A stretch of DNA of 64,000 nucleotides from Octopus bimaculoides (GCF_001194135.2 NC_068983.1:122739471-122803470); one strand, 5' to 3'; numbered from the stretch's first letter, positions 38,704 through 51,880 are shown. The notes: generated by a model from the sequence alone, not told the origin. A program made the numbers and translations.

Positions 38704-38740
<37 letters not shown>

Positions 38741-39131
38741 TATACATATATACACACACACATATATATGTTAATGCTTTTCTTTATTTACAGAGTTGTC
38801 CCTTCGATAATCTACGTAAATAAGGACTATTATTTGTTAGTTACTTTGAATAATGTTTATTCCAGTAACTTCTAATTTAGTTACTTCTGGAAGATTTAGT
38901 AAAATTTTGATATTCATTATTCATAGTTTATTATCTCTTTATCTAAGAAATAATATAGGTTATAATTATCATAGATCTCAGTTTTTGTTTATTTTATTTA
39001 TTGAGTTCTTCCATCGATAAACTATGTAAATAAGGACAATTATTTGTTACTTACCTTGAATAATGTATATATCAGTAAATTCAAAGAAATGAGAAGTATT
39101 ATTATATTTTATCATTTTATGAATATACTAC

Positions 39132-39665
39132 TATACTAGCAGAGAAAAAAGGCCTTGCTCAGGATTAAAATAGTTTATTATTGTTTTACTGGTTTCGGAA
39201 TTATAACTTGATTTCATTTGGGTCTACGCAGGCCACAATTTAAAAGATGAGGAATTTTGCCCTAGAGGCCATGACTCTGAATTGAGCTAACTCAAAGTTG
39301 CCATGCAAACTCACCAGTACTTTTAACATAGGTGTGCAACTTTTCAGCTCAATCCGACCACATTTACTAACACTTTTGCCTGCACAACTGCTTGTGAGAC
39401 AACATCCATCCTTTTCTTAAATATGTAGTAGATTTACAGAGATACCCGGCCTTGCTCGGGATTAAAATGGCATAGGTTTTCATTGTTTTAATTGTTTGGT
39501 TATTATAACCCAATTTCATTTGGGTTTAGTAGGGCTACATTTTAAAACATGAGGAATTTTGCCCTAGAGGCCACGCCTTTCAATTGAGCAAATTCAAAGT
39601 TGCTCTGCAAACTCGCTAGCACTTTTAACATAGGTGTGCATATTTTCAGCTCAATCTGACCACAT
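39132..39665 (+). mobile_element. Two tandem non-autonomous Helitron-like units
   Basis: Direct repeat of about 230 bp (offset about 300 bp), beginning tactagcagaga..ggccttgctc(a/g)ggatt, which resembles Helitron-N 5' ends. Confidence 0.55.
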
Positions 39666-39737
39666 ATGCACACATTATATATATACATACCCATTAAATA
39701 TATATATATATATATGTACGCATTATATATACATATG

Positions 39738-39779
<42 letters not shown>

Positions 39780-39780
<1 letters not shown>

Positions 39781-40085
39781 TGATAGAAAGGACAACAAAA
39801 GAAAGAAAGAANNNNNNNNNNTATATATATTGATAGAAAGGACAACAAAAGAAAGAAAGAAAGAGACCTCGATATTATGTAAATAGAGGAATTTATCTGT
39901 AAAAATATGTGATGCTTATTCGGTAGCCGTGATAAAACTCCGAATTTCGGATGCCGGGGTGGGGTTCACAGGAATTTTCAATGGCCGGATAACTGAAGAG
40001 ATATTGGCGTGGGTTCCCACCCCAGCATCCGAAACTCGGAGTTTTATCATGGCTACTGAATAAGTATCACATATTTTTACAGATA
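39780..40085. mobile_element. Penelope-like inverted pseudo-LTR pair
   Basis: Arms of about 75 bp (39895-39969 and 40009-40084). Homologous to 15900-16075. Contains a hammerhead core. Confidence 0.65.
39984..40053 (+). ncRNA. Minimal type I hammerhead ribozyme (Penelope-type)
   Basis: Stem I GCCGGATAA/TTATCATGGC, CTGAAGA at 39993-39999, GC-rich stem II, GAAA at 40031, near-palindromic stem III ACTC-G-GAGT. Confidence 0.7.
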
Positions 40086-41229
40086 TATATATGTATATAA
40101 TTTAGAGAAAAGAACCAAAGTTCATGAACTCATCTATGAAAATCTACAGTCACGTATAGAAAAAATTAATAAGTGGATACATGATAAATAAGTATAATAA
40201 AATACAAAGTAAAAATCATAAAATAATAATGATAAAACGACAACACGTGTTTCATAATCGAGTTTTCAAATAGGAAATAAAATATAATCAAATCGATTAA
40301 ATCAATTGAAAATCAATTCTATTCAAAAATATAGCTAATCTTCAGGTCAAAATACAAACAATAATATTAATAAAATGAATGTATGTATCAACCAACAATA
40401 AATAACAAATGAATGTATATAAAAATAGTTATTATATCAAGACAGAAAAATGTTAAACAATATTATTAAAATGAAATGTAATACTAATCTTATCGAAAAT
40501 TATAAACGTGACATTATGAACTTTACATTTATTAGAATATAAACTAACATAAATATTAAATGCAAATCTTATCTTAACGAATCTTTTGTTTAAAATACAA
40601 TTTAAACGAAGTTCTAGGTTAAACTAAAATTATAAACGTAATATAAATAACTTTAATTTTGATATAAACTAACAAAAATTAATTTATATAAATTAATCTA
40701 TATAAAAATAATTATATCACCATTAAATACAAGAAAAACATTTAACAAAATTATTGAAAAGAAATACAAAAACTTATCTAATCGAATCTTTAGTTTAAAT
40801 AAAAATTTAAATGTTGTACTATTAACTTAACATTAATTAGAAAATTAACTAATAATCAAAGAAATTATATAAAAAAAACTACTCAATTATCCCTTAAATC
40901 AAAACAAATATTAAACAATATTATTGGAAATAAATGCAACTCTTTTTGAACACTAAGTCAATAGTATAAAGTTTAACATTTTAGTTTAAAACAAAACTTC
41001 AATTAGTTTAGTGGAGCCAAACTGCATTTCAACTAGTCTAATTCTGTTTCTAATTAATTGAGTTATAACTTTTCCATAACTTTCATCACCTCCAACTCTC
41101 CAAATTAAACATGCTGTAGTAAGCAAGCAAACATCACTGGTCTCGGTGGACAGTAAGTGAAATAAGTAGGTGCAAAAACTCTCAAGTAAAAAATTAAAGC
41201 TAAACATCCACAGGAATGTGAAGAAAAGT

Positions 41230-42230
41230 GGAGAGATCATTTTCAAAATTTGCTTGGGAACATACCTTCAGTTTCTGATGCAGGTGTAACATTACTTATT
41301 GACCACACACCTTTGATATCATAACTGGTGATTTCACCATTGATGAGTTGAAAAAAGGGTCTTAAAACATCAAAAACTGGACTTGATAACATTCCATCTG
41401 GAATTTGGGAAACAGGAGAATTTAGTGATATTCTGTTTGGTTTCTGCCATATGGTCTACAATAGACAGAAGGCTGCATACTCCCATTTCCAAAGAAAAGT
41501 AATTTGGGTTTTGCAAAGAATGACAGAGGCATAACTCTAACAACCATCACTGCAAAACTTTATAGTTCACTCTTATCAACAGGATACAACCAGAAATTGT
41601 GGAAGTTTGGAGAAGAAATGAAAATGGCTTCAGATAAAATAGATCAACTCTCATACAAATACATAGTTTGCTGTCTGCTGAAAGAAGTAAGAGCCAGAGA
41701 TCTTGAAACAGTATTACTGTGTGTTTATATCACAAAGGCTTTTGGCTCTATCCACCATGGTAAAATGAAAAAAAAACACCTATGGTGTTCCTAAGGAAAC
41801 AACAGTAGCAATTATGATATTCTGTAGCAACACCAAATCAATGGTAAGGTCATCAGATGAAGATACAAGTTTCTTTGACATCAAAACCAGAGCACTCTTG
41901 GGGGACACACTGGTACCTTCTCTCTTTGTGATCACTCTGTATTGTGTCTTCAGAACATTACTTGACAATCTAAACAGCCTCGGTTTTCCATTCACAAAAA
42001 TATTGACTGGATATCCAGCTCAAAAATAACTGATATCCAATTACTTCATAGTCTAAAATTAGCTGCACATGATGTTGGACTACTTGTGAATACTAGTAAA
42101 AACAAATTGATTGCTCACAATCAACAAGGACCCATCACCAACCTCAGTAGAGACCCCCATCCATCAAGCTGGTGATTTCATGTGCCTCAGTTCTCAGATA
42201 ACCTCAGCTGAAAAAGATGGATATATACAG
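41230..42230 (+). mobile_element. RTE-X-like LINE RT fragment
   Basis: GLDNIPSGIWETG, PFPKKSNL..RGITL, KAFGSIHHGKM, GDTLVPSLF. Confidence 0.7.
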
Positions 42231-42875
42231 TGTATTTAATGTGAATAAATGTAATACAAAGTACTATTGTTCTCTATAGATATGTGATTTACAGAATGTA
42301 TTCAACGTACTTAATACTTTGCACTTAATAAGTAAATGCAATAAATACCTAAGATCATTTATAGAATGTATGTACATGTAATACATTGCTGGATATTAAA
42401 GTGGTGAAGTGTACAGAGCAATTTTCTTGTCAAGAGTCTTTAGATTTGCCAGTTAGAAGGTCAGCAACTTAATGATTAAGTGAGTGACTTGTTTCTTGAA
42501 TTTATAGCTACTATAAAAATTCTTTAATTAAATCAGATGTAAATTTGGCAGATTCTCAAAATCTTGTAAACTAGGGAAAAGTACTTTCCATATCTCTCAT
42601 AATTTAAACTGAAATTATGTTTTTTATTAATGTACAGATTTCATATATTGAAATAAGATTAGTTTCAAATTTTATTGCAGAGATTTATTGATATATATTG
42701 ACGTATGTATAAATTATTTACACTTTAAGTAAAACTTAATGAATGAATAAATAAATAAACAAATAAAACCCAGATATTTGAAACCATGTAAATTGTTTGT
42801 AAAGGATAGTGTCATTGATATACATGTGATATGAACAATAATTGTTATAGATATTTAGGATTACAATTTTCTTAG

Positions 42876-42983
42876 ATGTTAAAAGAATAGTTGAGACGGT
42901 TATAGAGGTAAATGATGAAATCTTATTGGAGAAGCTGTTGGAAGGCTCATGCTGTGAAATTATTACTGCTACTTTTGGTCCAG
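42876..42983 (+). CDS. Candidate exon (VKRIVETVIEVNDEILLEKLLEGSCCEIITATFGP)
   Basis: ttttcttag| acceptor and AG|GTGCAT donor. 108 nt, open, phase 1 to 1, protein-like composition. Confidence 0.5.
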
Positions 42984-43897
42984 GTGCATTATAGTGTCTT
43001 TTAGTTGAAGGTTGGCAACTAACCATTTACTATAAATTTTGACATGTTCCACTTGTGCTTCAAATATTGAAGTTGAGCATTTTTACTGAATAAAATGATT
43101 TGATTCTTCGCGACTGTTTCTTGTCACAATTTCATCATCATCCTAATCGTCACCATTTTTCATCTGTTTTCCATGCTGTGTAGGGGTGGATGTTTTAACA
43201 AGATTTGATGAGTCTGAGGATCATATCTTGTTCCATTGTCCCAGTTTTGGCATGGCTTCTACAATCAGATTTGAGTGTATATTTTCATGGCACCAGCTCT
43301 ATAGGTGTTACTTCCTAAGGAAGACTAAAGGACCTTTTCAACCCCTGTTGTATAACTGCTTGATTTAATTTGCTAACCACTTACAGAATGTACTGGGTAT
43401 TTTGTTCATGGCACTGATACTAGTGGGGTCACTTTGTTGCTCATACCAAGAGACACTACCCCCAATCAAAAGAGTGGAAGTTAAAATATGGAAGAAGCAA
43501 ATCAATTGTTATGAAAGGATGTATTGGAGAGAGTACAGAGTAAGAGTTTTGTGGGGAAAAGGCAGGAGACAGAAAAGCAAGAAAGAAGAAGAGTAATATT
43601 AGAAATTACTGTAAGAGAGAGGAAGAGTAATGGGTTGAGTTGTAGGACCCACTGATGGGAAACAAGGAGAATGGAGTGAGCAAGTCCTTTTATTAAATTA
43701 ATTTCATGGAAATTCATTTGCAAATGAATTTTATATGTAATTCTGATGAGCTGCATTTGAATAAATTATTGCATATATATTATTGCATAATATAACAATA
43801 TGAAATAAATCAAATCTCAATCCTGAAATGGAAATTAACATATTAAAGGGACTTGCTTATTCCATTTCCCTTGTTCGTAATTGTAAAATTTCTGCAG

Positions 43898-43915
43898 ATG
43901 CTTATGGATGTTCAG
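43898..43915 (+). CDS. Candidate 18-nt microexon (DAYGCS)
   Basis: tttctgcag| acceptor and AG|GTATGT donor. Phase 1 to 1, compatible with the flanking candidate exons. Confidence 0.4.
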
Positions 43916-45105
43916 GTATGTGTTTCTTAAAGCAAACAATCTCTGGATCACCATGTTTCCAATAGCTTGTACCTGTGGCAGAGGTGATTCCTGGGTTAAC
44001 ATCCAAATGAAATTAATATATATATATCTCATCATCATGCATCAGCTTTCCATGCATGCATAGATTGAATGACTGGCTCATCAGGATCCAAATTAGTTCT
44101 TATTAAAGTTACTCTGGTTTATTGTTGAAATAAGTGGTAGAGGTGAGACAATTTGGGGAAAGGGGTAATATGAGGGAAAGTATGGGGTTAGTGAGAGAGA
44201 ATCAGAGAGTGGAGGTTGATTAGAAGGAAATGCAGTGCTACCACATGTGACATATTAGTGAATGAAGTAGTACTTGAAGAGGATTTAAGAATGTGAAGAG
44301 GAACCACAGTGTGTCCTCAAAGTTACATCTGCATGGTGACTGAAGACTATTTGTGGGGGTGGATAAAAGTTTGCAGAATGCAATCCTACCATACTCAAGT
44401 ATCATGATTTCGAAGGGTAGAAAATATGGATGGTGGAAGAAGAGGTTATTCATCATCATCATCATCATCATTTAGCATCTGTTTTCTATGCTGGCATAGG
44501 TTAGATGGTTTGACTGAAACTGGGAAGCTGGAGAGCTGTATCAGGTTCCAGTCTGATTTGGCATGGTTTCTATGGTGGGATGCCCTTCCCAACACCAACC
44601 ACTCCTAAAGTATAATGGATGCTTTTTATGGGCCACTAGCACAAGTGCCAGTTATGTGACACCAGTATTTTTATTTCATGAAAATTTAATAAAATCTAAT
44701 AAGTAAGTGAAATTATGCTAAATACAACTAAACTGAAAACCTTTTCCCCCTGGCCATATCGGCAATTCTGAAAACTTTTGGGCACAAATTTTACGTTAGT
44801 TGAAGCTTTTTTTAACAATTTTTATCCTGAAAATCACCTGTGTAAATTACACAGGTGTGCAAATTACATGGGTTTTTACAGTAATTGTAATTCTATTTAC
44901 ATGAAACTAATGTATATTTCTATGTTAATACATGTTCGTATGTGCAAATTGAGGCATATGTAAATCTGAATGTCATGCTATATGTGTGTGATGTGTGTTT
45001 GTGTATGCATATGCATTTCTTTTACTGCATTTTATCACATCTCGAGACCTCATTCTGTTTAATAGCCAGACTATTTGAAAAATATATATAAGGCAAAAAT
45101 GGTTT

Positions 45106-45175
45106 ACATTGACTTCAAATGTGGAAGCTTGTTTCTTATGTATTAGAAACAAGCTTCCAGATTTGAAGTCAATGT
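45106..45175. ncRNA. Pre-miRNA-like hairpin (31-bp stem, 8-nt loop)
   Basis: The arms are reverse complements with one mismatch. Confidence 0.35.
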
Positions 45176-45412
45176 GATAAGCGGCTTGCACTTATCAAAC
45201 TCTGTCTGTCTGTATGTATGTATTAATTATAGGTTTGATACTATAAATAGGAGACATAGAATTCAGTATATGAATAAATATATTATTTCATAATTTTTGT
45301 TGTCCAGAAAGTAACTTGAGTTTCTTGCATACCTCTTATCAAACTGACTTTATATCTGGAAGCTTGTTTCTAATATAAAGTAAATATACAAGAATACATA
45401 ATGCATGTATGT

Positions 45413-45471
<59 letters not shown>

Positions 45472-45556
45472 GTGTGTGTACACAGAGACACACATTCACC
45501 CATATTTAAAATGTTGTGCTAATGTTTTCGCTGAGAAGAGTTATATTTATTTTCAG

Positions 45557-45606
45557 GACTACTTTTGTCTTCAAAGTTTATGAAATTTGTGATTTCTTGG
45601 GAATAA
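45557..45606 (+). CDS. Candidate terminal exon (GLLLSSKFMKFVISWE-stop)
   Basis: tatttattttcag| acceptor, phase 1, TAA at 45604, AATAAA at about 45672. Confidence 0.3.
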
Positions 45607-47179
45607 TAGGTTACTGTTGTCATAGTAGCAAGATGTGCCATTTTTATATTATAGCAATGAAATATCTAAGCAATAAACTGGTGAAATCAATGGCTTCATT
45701 GTTTTATGATTGTATTCAGTTTGACTAAGCTTATTGTCTAACACTTTATTAATTAAATATCCCAAACAGTTTTATGGGTATGTTTAAGAAATTGCATTGT
45801 CACATGTTATGTTCATATGAATATAATCGTTCAAAGACAATGGGAGATTAACATTAGCAATATAAACATCTTTTAAAACTATATTTACAATTCAAATTGC
45901 TTATCGAATACAGTAACATACTATGCCTTCTGACAAAAGGTGTCCCCAATTGTTATTGTTTTACAAAATACGTAACATCTATTGAAATGTTAGTACTATA
46001 TTTATAAAAAGAATGTGTCTCTTTCAGAAACTAATAAAATTTGGCTGTAATGTCAAATATTGCATAACACATTTAATCACAGTATGAAAGGATCTGGGGT
46101 ATAAAGTTCAAAATTTTCTGTTGAGAACACAAGGTGAACAACTAATGGCTGTAACTAAAAACTGCAAATTCTATCCTTTTGGGTTCTCCTGTCAATTGCA
46201 AAGTCTGCATGTAATTTATGTACTGAATAGTGTTGTATGTAAATTCTGCTGCAGCTTTTTAAAAATATTATTCTTATCAATTGTAGGATTTTAAAAGCTT
46301 TCTGTAATTCAAGTACAGTACATAATAATTGACTAATATCATATTTTTATGGTATTCCATTAACCAAAGGAAGAATTTTTAAAAAATGACTTCAGATATC
46401 TAGGGTCATTAATAGAAAGCTGAAAGAGATATTAAAGTAAGAATTGAACTAGAACTGGAATGGTCAACAATCAAGAATATGTCCACTATATAGGAAATAA
46501 ATCTACAAAATACAGATTTTTAGAGATGCTCTATTCTGCAAGATATTGATATATGGATCGGAATGGTAGACATTTACAAAAGCAATAGATAGCTGGCTAA
46601 ATGTTAAGGAGGGTGAAGAATAATTCTTGGGAGCAAAATTGACTAAATGTCATATTATATGAAAACATAGCATCAAACTCTGCTGACCTAGGATTGTGAC
46701 AAAGGAAAGATGAAATATGTCAACTATTACTTTTGGAACCAATAGAAGGAAAAAAAGATGCAGATTTTGTTGAACATATATGCAGCAGTTTGCTGGAGGA
46801 CAGGGAATCATGGAGGAAATTGGTCATTGGGATCTTGATGCATTTAGTTAAGCAGTAGAAAAATGATGATGGTGATGATCCTTACGACTATAGGTACAAA
46901 GCTTGAAATTTTGGAGGGAGGGTGGCAAGATGGTTACATCAACCCCAGTGCTTAACTGGTTCTTATTTTATGGACTCTGAAAGGATGAAAGGCAAAGTCA
47001 GCCTTGTGGAATTTGCACTCAGAATATAAAAAAGGATGAAATGTCACTTAGCATTTTGTCCACCTTGCTAACAATTCTGCCAGCTCACCAACAACTATGA
47101 CAGCAACATTATGAAATACCAATGGAAAGTAGATGGCATAAGCATATAGCCTCTGGGATATGCCAATACTCAGACAAAA

Positions 47180-47790
47180 AATCACGGCTAATCAATCAGA
47201 TATTTTTGTCAAGGACCACCAGGAAAAGAAATGATTTCTAATTGTTATATAAAACTGAACAATGATAATGAGATGAAGAAATTATCCAAACATAAAGACT
47301 TGGAAACAGAGATAATACAAACATTTAGCCTGAAAACAGAATCAATCCTTATTATAATAGGTGGTTTGAGAATAATCAAAAAGTATGCAGGCAAATGGGG
47401 AAAAATATTGCTCCTGATGCAAATCAAGCCAGGAACAGTTTATGGGGAAACAATGTGGTGCATGAAAAGGATGCAATGTAGATAGAGCTATCAAGACAGA
47501 ATTACAAAAGGAAAGGAACAAAAGAATATCGTCATAAGCTTGGGTGAGGTGAAAGAATAAATAGGTAAGGTGCCTAACTGGAAAGCCCCCAGACCAGATG
47601 GGATTCATGGCTTTTGGCTGAAGAGATGCCACGTGGTGCATGAAAAACTAGCAGCCCAATTGAATGAGTGTGTCCAGAAAGGTAAGTCCCCACATAGATG
47701 GTAACTGGGAGGACAACACTTATAAAGAAAGATAGAAGAAAAGAGAATATTGTGGGAAACTACCGTCCCATAGCATGCCTAAACATGTAG
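47180..47790 (+). mobile_element. R4/Dong-type (RLE) LINE fragments
   Basis: KKLSKHKDLETEI..LKTE..IIIGGL (RLE C-terminus), then PNWKAPRPDGIHGFWLKR (RT N-terminus). Confidence 0.7.
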
Positions 47791-48617
47791 GTACCATTCC
47801 TCTGATTTTATTGAAAAAGGCATTTTGCTTGGTATGCTAAAGATTTTTCTCACAGTTCTCCAAAATCTATTTTTAGCTGAAACTTCAGATTTAACCAAGT
47901 AGAAATTTAGTACTTTCTTTAGCATCTAAAGGCTTTTTCTTGTGCTTCAGCAAAGAATCAAATTACAGCTCTGCTGAGATATTCCCCTCAAAGAATCAAA
48001 TATTTCTGTACTATTGTTTAATAATATCTTCTTGCTTGACCTTTTGGTGGTGAAGCCTCTGTTGCTTCTATGATGAATTAGAACAATTTATATCTGATGA
48101 GACTTTTAACTATAAGAATGTATAAATGCATACATTTATACTCTGCATTTCATAAATGTGTAATTAAAGAATATACACATGCATACACACACACATACAT
48201 ACACATCAACATCATCATCATCAATATTTTACAACCACTTTACCATACTGGCATGAGCCAGATGGATCATCACAGATAAAGTTACTTCTTTTAGTTGCAT
48301 GGGGTTCCATCTTACTTTTACATTGTTTTTGGCATGGTTTCTACTTCTGGATGTTCTTTCTATTAGTAACCACTTTACCGAGTGTATTGAGTGCATTTTT
48401 CATTCTACCAGCACTAGAAAGATTGTTTTGTTCCTCTAAGTTTATTCTGTATTTAAAGAGTGTACTAGGGGTATTTACTAGTACTAAGAAAGTTATCTTG
48501 ATACCAGTACTAGAAAAGTTATTTTTCTCCCAAGTAAGACTGACAAGTCCTCTATCCTATATTGTCTCCATTCTTTTGTTCACCAGTGTCAGAGATGGAC
48601 TTGTCCCCCACTGATAA

Positions 48618-48653
<36 letters not shown>

Positions 48654-49432
48654 AGAGAATGATGATAGAGAACCAATACAACAGGGTGATAAAAGTGAGA
48701 TTAATGGAAGAGAAGGGAATAATAGGAGAGAGAGGAAAATAAGGCAGAAACTAAAGAGAAAGAAAAAGAGTAAGAGAAGAAGAGAGAGTTGGATGGTGTT
48801 TGTTGGTCAAGAGACGATGCAGATGATGACACACAGACATACATGCATGCATGCAGTATGTATTCCATAAACAGTCATATTAAAGTGTAAAACTGATAAG
48901 AAACTAGAATAAGATACAAAAATAATGGCGTGTTGCAGTTAAATCATATAAATTTTTTTATAAATGTAATTTAATAAAAATATAAAAGCTAGTGAGGAGC
49001 CATTATGAATGAAATATACATACTATTTCTTAGAACCTAAACTGTAGAGAAAAGATTAAATCATAGAGAGATACAAATTTGATTGCTATGGGGTTGGTTC
49101 CAAGATCAGGTATAGAATATGCCTTCATTACTTCTTCTTTCAATCAAAAGAAGAAATAAGAGAAATATGTTAAGCAAATAATCAAATTTAAAGTACTTGA
49201 TAGTAATACCCTAGAAAATAGCTGGAACTAGTAAAGAAATGCAACACTCAAACCTAAAATAAATAAATAAATAAAAATCATAAAGTTTAATTTCAAATTT
49301 CAAAAAGGGGATCAACCACCAGGCAGTACTATATTTGAAATAAAAATATTTGATTAGAATTAACTTAAAATTTCTTTTTTGAATAATATATGTCCTTTTA
49401 GATAATATATGTCCTTTTAGAAAGGAATAAGT

Positions 49433-51606
49433 CAGGGGCGTGCACTCTGAGGCATGCAAGGTACGCGTTGCATGCTCTGTGATTTCATATCCATATCATC
49501 GGAAAATTCGATAAAAAAGGTTTCTTTTGTTTCAAAGAAACTCCGTCCTGGTGTTTTTGAAATATTCTGCCTCCCCTTCCCCCTCTCTCAGTGACTCGTT
49601 CGTCTGCTTTGAGAAGACCACCTGACATCCCCTCCCCTCTCACTGTCTCTGTTAGTGTACAATTGTTGCTAAGCTCGTCCCACTTTCTGACCCGAACCAG
49701 AGCAATCCCATAATTCCTGAGTTAGCCAGTCGAAATGTCGGAACAAACTGGCGGTAAGTTTGAATTTCTTTTTTATCCAAAGCATCTGTTCGCACTATTA
49801 TATTTTTGGAGTGTTCTGAAAACAAAAATACTATCTATATTATATTTCTTATTTCAGAAGTAGCTAATCAAGCTTAAATTAATTTTACTAACGTTATTTT
49901 TACCGTTTGAAATTGACTTACAATTTACACAAACGCTTACACGTGTGTTCTTATGTAAAAGTAGCCTTTTTCAAAACTTGATAATTTTTCAGTCTTTTAT
50001 GATATGTTAGGAGAAAAATATGGAGTCGATGCAGGAATCGGAATTCAGAGGTCCAAAAATATATCTATTGAGCCCCAACGACATTATAGAATGCTTTATA
50101 ACAAAATTATCAGTACAATAGCTGACCTTAGAAGAGTTTAAATTCATGAAACTTTTGAATTTCAACAAAGTAGATGAGTATTGCAAACAATTTCCTGTGG
50201 ACTCTATAGATTCTTTAAAAATGACTTATGGCAGATTTATTGATGTAATACGATTACAAAGTGAGCTCAATGTGATGTATTCACTGAAAGATTTTAAAAA
50301 GCGAAGTGTAAGTCATTTAATGAGTTACATTTACAGCAGTGACCTTGTTGAAGCTATGCTTGAACTCTTCAATCTGTGCAAGTTGATTTTGACAATTCCG
50401 TCTACCGCTGCTTCTGTAGAGCGAGCGATCCTTTTCTGCATTAAGTAGAATCAAAACATACCAAAGAAATGCGATAGGAGAAAGAAGACTGTCTGGGTTA
50501 GCACTAATGTCAGTTGAAACAGATTTATTACAACAACTGATGAAAAAAGATTTCTATGAAAATATGATAGATATATTTGCCCAGAAAGATCGAAGAATTG
50601 AATTAATTTAGAAATTAGGTAAATAACATTTTAGAACATTAAAAACAAACTTAATATATTAAAGGGCATATATTGCAGGTTTTGGTTAGTGTTTGTTATA
50701 AAGGTAAGGTTCGACCTTTTTACATCAGTATTGTTTGGCAGGAGAAATGGTTCGACTTCTTCGTTACACCTAACCTACATAGGTTTTCTTTTCTGTGCTG
50801 CTGGGTTTAGTCTATTTACGGCCGTAAATAAGTGTCTTGTTTCACTTTCAATAAGTGTCTTGTTTCAATCTCAGAGATGTTGACTTCTGCCACAACAGTT
50901 TTTGGGGGGCTTTTTACAATGTTGAATTTTGGCTGTCTTTCATTGTGTGTATTCATGTATATGCGTGTATTTTCAATGTGTGTGCGTGAGACGTAGTCTT
51001 TTAATATACGGAGTTCAGTAAGTCTCAGAACAGTCTGCTTGAGTATCAATAATTTTCCCGGAATTGACAAGTAGCATGAGAAAGCACCTGACTTGTCTTC
51101 AAGAGCGTAACGATCTAAAACCATGGCCATATAATGTAACTAAATGTATTCTCTTTATTAAATCATTTCAAATTGATTCAGCTGAACCAATAGGTATAGG
51201 GCTAATGCAGAATCGCACCCCTTTCAAAAACGAAATTTTGTGAAAAATTTCGGATTCCTACCTTTAACAGAGATTCCGAATATGCAAAAATATTAACAGA
51301 ATCCAATTTCATCTTTATTACATTTCATTTATGATTTTTAGACATCTTTAAGGGAGAGTGAGGATGGGAAAGTACTGACGTTTCGAAGAGAGAGAAAGAT
51401 ACAAACAATACACTTATTTCAGGCTCATCTCTACAGAGCCATTTTGTATTCCCTGCTTATTCTAGGTCATACGGGAGTGATTGCATATTCAGAATCTCCC
51501 ATATGTAAATCGTAGGAATACGAAAATTCTTTTACTGAAAAATTGCCAGAGGGCGGGGAGAGAAATTCATTGCATGCCCAACCCTGGAAGTCACCGCACG
51601 GCACTG
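49433..51606 (+). mobile_element. hAT (Tip100/ZMYM1-like) internally deleted transposon
   Basis: Imperfect TIRs CAGGGGCGTGCA / CAGTGCCGTGCG. Exact 8-bp TSD GAATAAGT (49425-49432 and 51607-51614). Dimerization domain LILTIPSTAASVER..SALSRIKT..RLSGLALMS. Confidence 0.88.
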
Positions 51607-51764
51607 GAATAAGTTATAACTGCGAAGAGACATAGCCACTATTCTTGTAGGTTTAATGACCACTCAGAGACTCTCTTATTGACTTGACACGTGGCTTTTA
51701 AAGTAGCTTGAGTGAAAAAATGAAGATCTATGTAAATTCAGGAACTTGCATGATAACATATATG

Positions 51765-51880
<116 letters not shown>

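Noticed and set aside
40100-40980. Extremely AT-rich stretch, considered as a NUMT or foreign DNA
   Set aside because: No recognisable mitochondrial gene or tRNA. Treated as low-complexity sequence.
42876-45606. Weak resemblance of GCSGLLLS to TYSND1 or FKBP motifs
   Set aside because: The match is too short and the flanking residues do not fit, so no gene symbol was assigned.
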